From an uncultured Desulfobacter sp. (GTDB taxonomy: Bacteria; Desulfobacterota; Desulfobacteria; Desulfobacterales; Desulfobacteraceae), in contig OY762069.1 of assembly GCA_963665095.1 (NCBI GenBank), positions 768,001-832,000 on the forward strand: a DNA stretch of 64,000 bases, read 5' to 3'. A program made the position numbers and the translations under genes. The notes under the pieces were generated by a model, which did not search any database, was not told where the DNA came from, and saw only the letters and a program-made list of their open reading frames with translations. Positions 58,050 through 64,000 of the stretch are shown here, in pieces. Each line of letters starts with the position of its first letter. The first letter of the stretch is position 1.

Positions 58050-60080
58050 ATGGCGCGTTGGATACTATCAACCATCAAGGGTAAAATTATCGTTTGCGTG
58101 ACGCTGGTCATGGTTGTTTCAACCGTCGTCAACCTCTACTTTACCAAAAGGGATGTCGGGTCTGCCATCATGGTGGCCCAGGAAAAGTCCGCCAAAAATA
58201 TTCTGCACTCCTTTTATCTGGTAATCCGGGAAGATTATCATACACTTCTTTCTTCCAAGCGGACCATGACTTTGGAAAAAAGAAATCATCTGAAAAAGAC
58301 CGCACAGATGATTCACTCCGTATTTGCAGGGTTTTACAAGTCGGTTCCCATCGGTTCAGACCCTTCTGCGGCCATTCGAAGTGCCCTTGACTGGATGGAT
58401 GGTGCGCCTTTCGAGAAAACGCATTTCTACATTCTGGACAAAAATTTTCATCTGCTTTCAACCTCTAATAAGAACATCACCAGGAATGCCTTGGAGGTAA
58501 TTAAAGACCTTAAGGGCAGGCAGATATCTGATGCCATGTGTTTTGACAGGTTAAGATCATCCGGGGATTATGCAATTTTTAATATGCCGGGTGAGAACGG
58601 AGAAGAGAACCGGCTGGTCCTCTCCTTTTTTCTGCCCTTTTCTTCCTGGGAATTCACCATTGCCGTCTCCGTGGATATCAGTGATATTGAGGCCGAAGCA
58701 GAAGCGGCAAAAAAAAGGTATATCAAATCCCTCAAAGATTATGCCAGTCAGGTGACTGTCACGGAAAGCGGGTTTGTCTGCATGGTTGATGCAGACGATC
58801 AGGTGTTGATTGCACCACCGGACCATGTCAGCGTAACTATGGAGGGGATTTCACGCCGGATCAAAGAAGAGATTGATCCTGACAAACTTCCCACGTCAGA
58901 TACCACACAGGTGTCGGAAATCAGGTATATGACCCGGGAGAATGACGGCAGCCGGCCAATGATCATCTACTGCACCTATTTTAAACCGCTGAAATGGTAT
59001 ACCGGTGTTGTCATTCCCTTAAATGAAATCAATGAACCTGCCAGAAATCTGGTTATCCGTCAGAGTCTGATCATTGCGTTTATGTTCATGGCAGGCCTTA
59101 TTGCGGTTTTTATCCTGGTCTCCCGGATATCAAAGCCCCTGCATCTGTTATCCCTTCATGCAAGGAAACTGCCCCAGCTGGATCTGTCCAAACCGCTGCC
59201 TGATTTTCCAGCCATTGATGCGCTGACCCGGAAACATAAAGATGAAGTGGGCACGCTGGCCTCCTCTTTTGTGATCATGCGGCGGGAGTTAAATAAAAAT
59301 ATCCAGGATCTTCTTCAGGTCATTGCCGCCCGGCACCGGATTGAAAGCGAGTTGAATATTGCCAGAGAGATTCAGCTGGGCATGGTCCCCAAAACCTTTC
59401 CGTTTCTTCCGGAGATCCCTGAATTTGATCTCTATGCCACGTTGCAGCCGGCTAAAGAGGTGGGCGGTGACCTCTATGATTTTTTTCTAATTGATGAGGA
59501 TCATTTATGTTTTACCCTGGGCGATGTGTCTGAGAAAGGGGTGCCGTCTGCCCTGTTCATGGTGGTTACCCGAACCTTGATCCGCACCCTGAGTGAAAAA
59601 ATGGCATCCCCGAGTCAGGTCATGGAGAAGATCAATGATATTTTAAGTTCAGATAATCCCAGATCTATGTTTGTTACACTGGTCATCGGCCTGCTCAATA
59701 TCCGTACCGGTGAAATAAAATATGCCAACGGCGGGCACAATCCGCCTGTGGTCATACCCCATGATTCAGACTGCTATTATCAAAAGGGAAAGAACCAGCC
59801 TCTTGTAGGGGCCATGGAGGGAATTCCCTATTCAGATATAACACTGACCCTGTCTGCCAAAGATAGTTTTTTCCTTTATACGGATGGTGTTAACGAGGCC
59901 ATGAATGCCGATTCCGAACAGTTTTCCAGTGAGCGGCTGCTTGCCTGTCTGCAGAAAAACAAGACAAAAAATTCAGATCAGGTGATTGACGCCATGCTGA
60001 AAGATGTCAGGGATCATGCCAAAGACGCGCCCCAGTCTGACGATATTGCCATGCTGATGATCAAATACCATGGGAAATGA
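58050..60080 (+). CDS. Cache-HAMP-PP2C (SpoIIE/RsbU-like) sensor phosphatase
   Basis: Two TM around a periplasmic region, HAMP (DEVGTLA), VGGDLYD, GDVSEKG, YTDGV and DDIA motifs. Confidence 0.92.
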   Translation: MARWILSTIKGKIIVCVTLVMVVSTVVNLYFTKRDVGSAIMVAQEKSAKNILHSFYLVIREDYHTLLSSKRTMTLEKRNHLKKTAQMIHSVFAGFYKSVPIGSDPSAAIRSALDWMDGAPFEKTHFYILDKNFHLLSTSNKNITRNALEVIKDLKGRQISDAMCFDRLRSSGDYAIFNMPGENGEENRLVLSFFLPFSSWEFTIAVSVDISDIEAEAEAAKKRYIKSLKDYASQVTVTESGFVCMVDADDQVLIAPPDHVSVTMEGISRRIKEEIDPDKLPTSDTTQVSEIRYMTRENDGSRPMIIYCTYFKPLKWYTGVVIPLNEINEPARNLVIRQSLIIAFMFMAGLIAVFILVSRISKPLHLLSLHARKLPQLDLSKPLPDFPAIDALTRKHKDEVGTLASSFVIMRRELNKNIQDLLQVIAARHRIESELNIAREIQLGMVPKTFPFLPEIPEFDLYATLQPAKEVGGDLYDFFLIDEDHLCFTLGDVSEKGVPSALFMVVTRTLIRTLSEKMASPSQVMEKINDILSSDNPRSMFVTLVIGLLNIRTGEIKYANGGHNPPVVIPHDSDCYYQKGKNQPLVGAMEGIPYSDITLTLSAKDSFFLYTDGVNEAMNADSEQFSSERLLACLQKNKTKNSDQVIDAMLKDVRDHAKDAPQSDDIAMLMIKYHGK

Positions 60081-60096
60081 TCACGTTCCAACGATT

Positions 60097-60567
60097 TCAA
60101 TCTGAAGGAATAATCGCCTGTCCCCTGGAAGTGAACGAAGACCGCGAACCGATCATTACGGTTTCAACGATGGGTGCATTTACCGGAGTAGCCGCAGTCC
60201 ACTCAACAAGAAAATTTGCCCCGGAGCCCCCGGATTTGTCATTATGTGCAATAACATAGTTGGCAGTTCCAAGGGGCGGCAGAGAAACAGCTGATGTCTG
60301 ATATCTTTTTAACCGGTTGCCGCCCGTATCGTAATAATCCACACAGACTATCTCAATGGCATGAGCCGGGTCTGTATTACGGACACTGAGGGTGATGGTT
60401 AAAAGGGACTGGATTTGTCTGTTTCCGGAGTAAATGTGGGAATATGCCGGTACATACACTTTTTGCCCCGTGGATAAACCGCTGGTGTTTCCCGCCATGC
60501 TGATGCCGGCACCGGAAACTATCAGGGCAACACACAGAATAGTTCCGTACATTATATTTTTTTTCAT
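60097..60567 (-). CDS. DUF3124-family secreted protein
   Basis: Signal peptide; YVPAYSHIY, LSVRNTD and GGSGANFLVEW motifs. Confidence 0.8.
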   Translation of the reverse strand: MKKNIMYGTILCVALIVSGAGISMAGNTSGLSTGQKVYVPAYSHIYSGNRQIQSLLTITLSVRNTDPAHAIEIVCVDYYDTGGNRLKRYQTSAVSLPPLGTANYVIAHNDKSGGSGANFLVEWTAATPVNAPIVETVMIGSRSSFTSRGQAIIPSD

Positions 60568-60980
60568 AGAAAAGTTTTCCGTTTCCTGTTTTACCATGGG
60601 TGTCAGGCCGCTTCCATTTATTTTATACCGCTTAACACTAACCTGACAGCCAGTATTTTTGCAAGGGCGGAGCAAAAAATCTGCGAGGTGTCAGCCGGGA
60701 AACCGGCCCTGTGGTAGTGAGTATAACATGGTTGCCAATTGAGACTTTCTGAAATTTTCTTGAGATAACTTTTTTGCGATCAAACTTCACCCATGATATA
60801 TAGTGGGGCGATGCATGGTTGATGGAAGGCAACTGCCGGTGATATAAGCCTTTTTTGCCATGAGACCTTGTCAAAAAAGGGGCGGACGGCAGATGGGTAA
60901 AAGCTGTGCCCAGAAACAGGAAACGTAACTTAGAGAGCCCGGGTGGCTGTCGTTGGAAATTTGAGTTCGGGGAAAAGTGA

Positions 60981-63900
60981 ATGAAGAAATATTTTAATAT
61001 AAAAATAATAGGTTTGGGCATTGTGATTATTTATGCCCTTTATTTAATGTTAACCGGTCTTGTGGCACCTTATGCCGGAAAACGTATTGCACAGAAATCG
61101 CTAACTGATGTACTGGGACGTAACACACAGATTGGTGCCATTACCTTCAATCCCTTTACCCTGGAAGCCAGGGTGAAAAATTTTAATATCCAAAGCAAGG
61201 TTCAAGGCGAAAATCTGGCCTCAATCCAACTGATCTATGTGAACCTGTCTGCCGCCTCCCTGTTTCATCTTGCCCCGATTATCTCGGGGGTGCAGATAAC
61301 CTCCCCGCATTTCAGCCTTCACCTGAACAAGGATAACACCCTTAACATTTCAGACCTGCTTGGCAAAGACAAAGAGGGGGAAACGGCACCTGAAAAAAAA
61401 AAGACATCCTCTTTGTTTGAATTTAAAGTGGCAAATGTCAAAATCGAAGACGGGGCCCTGATTTTTACCGACCATCTTCATTCTGTCACCCACATTGTGG
61501 AACAGCTCAATCTGGACCTGCCCCTGGTCAGCACCATGAAAAAAGATTTGCCTGTCCCGATTACGGCTGTGCTGAACTGTCTGGTAAATAAAGCCGGGCT
61601 GGAATTGAATCTGTCGGGAACCCCCTTTGATATCAGTCGTAAGATGGCCGTATCCTTGAAAACTCAACCGCTGGATTTGAATCCTCTGGCTGCCTATGTT
61701 GACCTGCCCAGACCTTATAAAATAAAGTCCGCCGGCAACCTGGCCCTGTCCCTGTCCGGAGCGTATGAGATTCCGGCAGGAAAAAATGCAGCTGACCAGA
61801 CGCTGTCAGTCAGCCTGAACACCCAGATTCGCAATATGGACATGGAAAGTGTGGCAGGTGCACCCCTTTTGTCCTGTCCCAGGATTTTAGTGGATGCCTC
61901 GTCAGATAATGTTTTTACAAAAAAATTTCTGGTAAACCAGATAGCACTCGATCACATCTCTTTATTTGTTGAGCGCGATGAACAGGGCCGGATCAACCTG
62001 GTTCCCCAAGGGACGTCCGATAAGACACCCGAATCACCATCGAGCCAGTCAGACAACCCCCAGACAAAAGAAACCCGGATGTCAGTTGCAACAGATGCCT
62101 CCCAAGCAGCAGCCGCCATAGAGGATACCACGGCAATGGCCACTCAGGCAAATGCTGTATCTGAAGCCGAAGCCAATACAATTTCAAACCAAACTGCCGG
62201 TTCAGATGCTGCCCAGACTCAACCGGGTCCAGTCCAAAATCAGGCACAAAATCAGGTCCAGAGCCAGGATCCTAACGCCGCACCGGACCAGAACCCGGAA
62301 CATTCCCCGGCACCGCTGATTTCATTTACATTACCGGTTAGTGTTAAGATCCGTCAGGCTGCGGTGAATGACATGCATATCCGGTTTAATGACAGGGCGG
62401 TTTCCCCTGAGGTTGTCAAGGAGATATCTGATCTTGATGTTATTCTCACAGACGTTGAAATCGGGCCTGAAATCGCCGGAACTCTGGATTTGCATATCCT
62501 GACAGGCGATGCAGAAGAAGTAAAAGCAGCCGCTGGTTTCACCCTTGACAATGCCCTGTCTGTGGACGGCAGCTTTGCCCTGTCAGGGCTTGCCATGGAA
62601 AAATACCGTTCCTATCTGACCGCCTATCTTGGCGACAATATAACCCTTGAAAATCTGGGTACCTCTTTGAATTTCAAGGTGGGTCTCAGTGGGAACAGTC
62701 TGGATGTGAAAGTGACAGACGGCAGCATAACCCTGGATAAATTCAATTTAACAGAGCAGGGGAAAGAGACGCCTGTGGTCCGGTTCGAACAGCTGGGTCT
62801 CTCACAAATATCCTGCGATCTTTCAGGGAAGCAGGCGGGTGTGGGGCTTGTAGCGCTTCGTAACGCTGAGGTACGTATAAGCCGGGACAAATCCGGAACA
62901 ATGGATCTGCTCACGGCCATTGAGCAGGCTGTAAAGAAAAGCGAAAATTCACCGGATCCCGACTCAGCTGAAAAGAGTTCCCATGCCAATGGCAAGAATC
63001 AGGAGAGTGAGGCTGCGTCGTCATCCCCCTGGACAGCTGTTGTGAATAAAACGGTTCTGGAACAGTGCCGGGTCGAGTTTATTGACAATGTTGCCAAGGA
63101 ACCTGTGGATATCATCCTTGCTGATATGGGCGTGACAGTGGAGAACATATCCACTAAAGAGGGTGAGAACGCCAATTTCACAGCGTCTATGACCAATAAG
63201 AACAAAGGCAAGATAAATCTTGACGGCTCCTTTGATATCTCAGGCCCCTCAGCCACGGTGAATGTGGATATTAACCGGATAGATGTGAATACGGCTGAAC
63301 CCTATTTCACCGATTTTTTAAAGATTTCTATATCAAAGGGATATCTGAACACCAAAGGCGCGGTGGCTTTAATTCCGGCCAAAGACAAAGATGCCCCGCC
63401 GACTATCACCTTTAAAGGCAGTGTTTCGCTCAACGATTTTTTATCCAAAAACAAAGTGGATGATACCGAGTTTTTCTCCTGTAAATCCCTTTATGCAGAT
63501 GGCATGGATATTTCTGTTAATCCCATGAAAGTGGCTATCAGGGAGGTGGCGCTGACAGATTTTTACCAGCGGGCCATTCTGAATAATAAAGGAGAGTTGA
63601 ATTTTAAACAGGTCATGGTTGAAAAGCCTGCGGATGATAAAGCCGCTGCCGGTAAAACGGATAAGAACAAAACGGCCTCACAGAAAACGGCTGAGAATGT
63701 GCCTGACATCCGCATTGATTCCATCACGCTGCAGGGGGGGCACATCAATTTTAGCGATTATTTTACCAAGCCTAATTTTACATCCAATATGACCCAGATT
63801 GCCGGCAGCCTGACAGGGCTGTCATCCCGGGGTAAGGAACATGCCAGACTGGCACTTAAAGGCGTCCATGGCGGCCATGCCCCCTTAGATATTACAGGAC

Positions 63901-64000
63901 AGCTGGATCCTTTAAAAAACAGCCAGTTTGTTGATCTGACAGTTTCTTTTAAAAATATAGAACTGCCCCGGTTCAGTGCCTATTCCGGTAAATATCTGGG
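60981..64000 (+). CDS. DUF748 / AsmA-like large envelope protein (3' truncated by window)
   Basis: Missing from the ORF track because it has no stop. Frame reads MKKYFNIK..ITFNPFTLE..FEFKVANVKIEDGALIFTD..ELPRFSAYSGKYL, with an N-terminal TM. Confidence 0.82.
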   Translation, partial: MKKYFNIKIIGLGIVIIYALYLMLTGLVAPYAGKRIAQKSLTDVLGRNTQIGAITFNPFTLEARVKNFNIQSKVQGENLASIQLIYVNLSAASLFHLAPIISGVQITSPHFSLHLNKDNTLNISDLLGKDKEGETAPEKKKTSSLFEFKVANVKIEDGALIFTDHLHSVTHIVEQLNLDLPLVSTMKKDLPVPITAVLNCLVNKAGLELNLSGTPFDISRKMAVSLKTQPLDLNPLAAYVDLPRPYKIKSAGNLALSLSGAYEIPAGKNAADQTLSVSLNTQIRNMDMESVAGAPLLSCPRILVDASSDNVFTKKFLVNQIALDHISLFVERDEQGRINLVPQGTSDKTPESPSSQSDNPQTKETRMSVATDASQAAAAIEDTTAMATQANAVSEAEANTISNQTAGSDAAQTQPGPVQNQAQNQVQSQDPNAAPDQNPEHSPAPLISFTLPVSVKIRQAAVNDMHIRFNDRAVSPEVVKEISDLDVILTDVEIGPEIAGTLDLHILTGDAEEVKAAAGFTLDNALSVDGSFALSGLAMEKYRSYLTAYLGDNITLENLGTSLNFKVGLSGNSLDVKVTDGSITLDKFNLTEQGKETPVVRFEQLGLSQISCDLSGKQAGVGLVALRNAEVRISRDKSGTMDLLTAIEQAVKKSENSPDPDSAEKSSHANGKNQESEAASSSPWTAVVNKTVLEQCRVEFIDNVAKEPVDIILADMGVTVENISTKEGENANFTASMTNKNKGKINLDGSFDISGPSATVNVDINRIDVNTAEPYFTDFLKISISKGYLNTKGAVALIPAKDKDAPPTITFKGSVSLNDFLSKNKVDDTEFFSCKSLYADGMDISVNPMKVAIREVALTDFYQRAILNNKGELNFKQVMVEKPADDKAAAGKTDKNKTASQKTAENVPDIRIDSITLQGGHINFSDYFTKPNFTSNMTQIAGSLTGLSSRGKEHARLALKGVHGGHAPLDITGQLDPLKNSQFVDLTVSFKNIELPRFSAYSGKYL

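Noticed and set aside
61393..61402. A10 tract as a phase-variation or frameshift site
   Set aside because: The frame stays open (EKKK) and continues into family-typical sequence; Lys runs are common here
1..64000. CRISPR array, rRNA, transposase or integrase
   Set aside because: No regularly spaced repeat-spacer pattern and no such genes recognised; the direct repeats found have only two copies

Overview
Bacterial chromosome segment. Gene content and protein style suggest a sulfate-reducing deltaproteobacterium, probably Desulfobacteraceae (inference). Bases 1-26 kb are mostly housekeeping: HD-GYP, AMMECR1/amrA, TrpR-like, ornithine cyclodeaminase, tRNA-Gly, secA-clpS-clpA-aat-fxsA, M23 peptidase, argC, an aapJQMP-type amino-acid ABC transporter, NUDIX, M48-TPR, IscU-like and KhpA, plus two palindromic intergenic elements. 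Bases 26-60 kb are an accessory region. Its core (35.1-58.0 kb, all + strand) is an atypical type VI secretion system that resembles the Francisella pathogenicity island (T6SSii) more than canonical T6SSi. It has an IglA/IglB-like sheath followed by a non-Hcp IglC-like tube and TssK/IglD, and a VgrG split into a hub gene and two separate beta-helix needle genes. It also has TssM/TssJ/DotU, TssE/F/G, an IglI/TssA-like protein, a canonical PAAR and its own ClpB-type ATPase. Unexplained passengers are a catalytically degenerate adenylate-forming-enzyme homologue, an OvoA-C-terminal-like methyltransferase and a triple zinc-ribbon protein. The cluster is bracketed by partner-switching genes (two STAS, an RsbW-like kinase, an intact Cache-HAMP-PP2C and a decayed paralogue) and by a racemase / sensor-MFS / unknown-enzyme operon with a substrate-binding protein. 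The window ends inside a DUF748-like gene that the ORF track misses. All family calls come from motif recognition by eye, not database searches.
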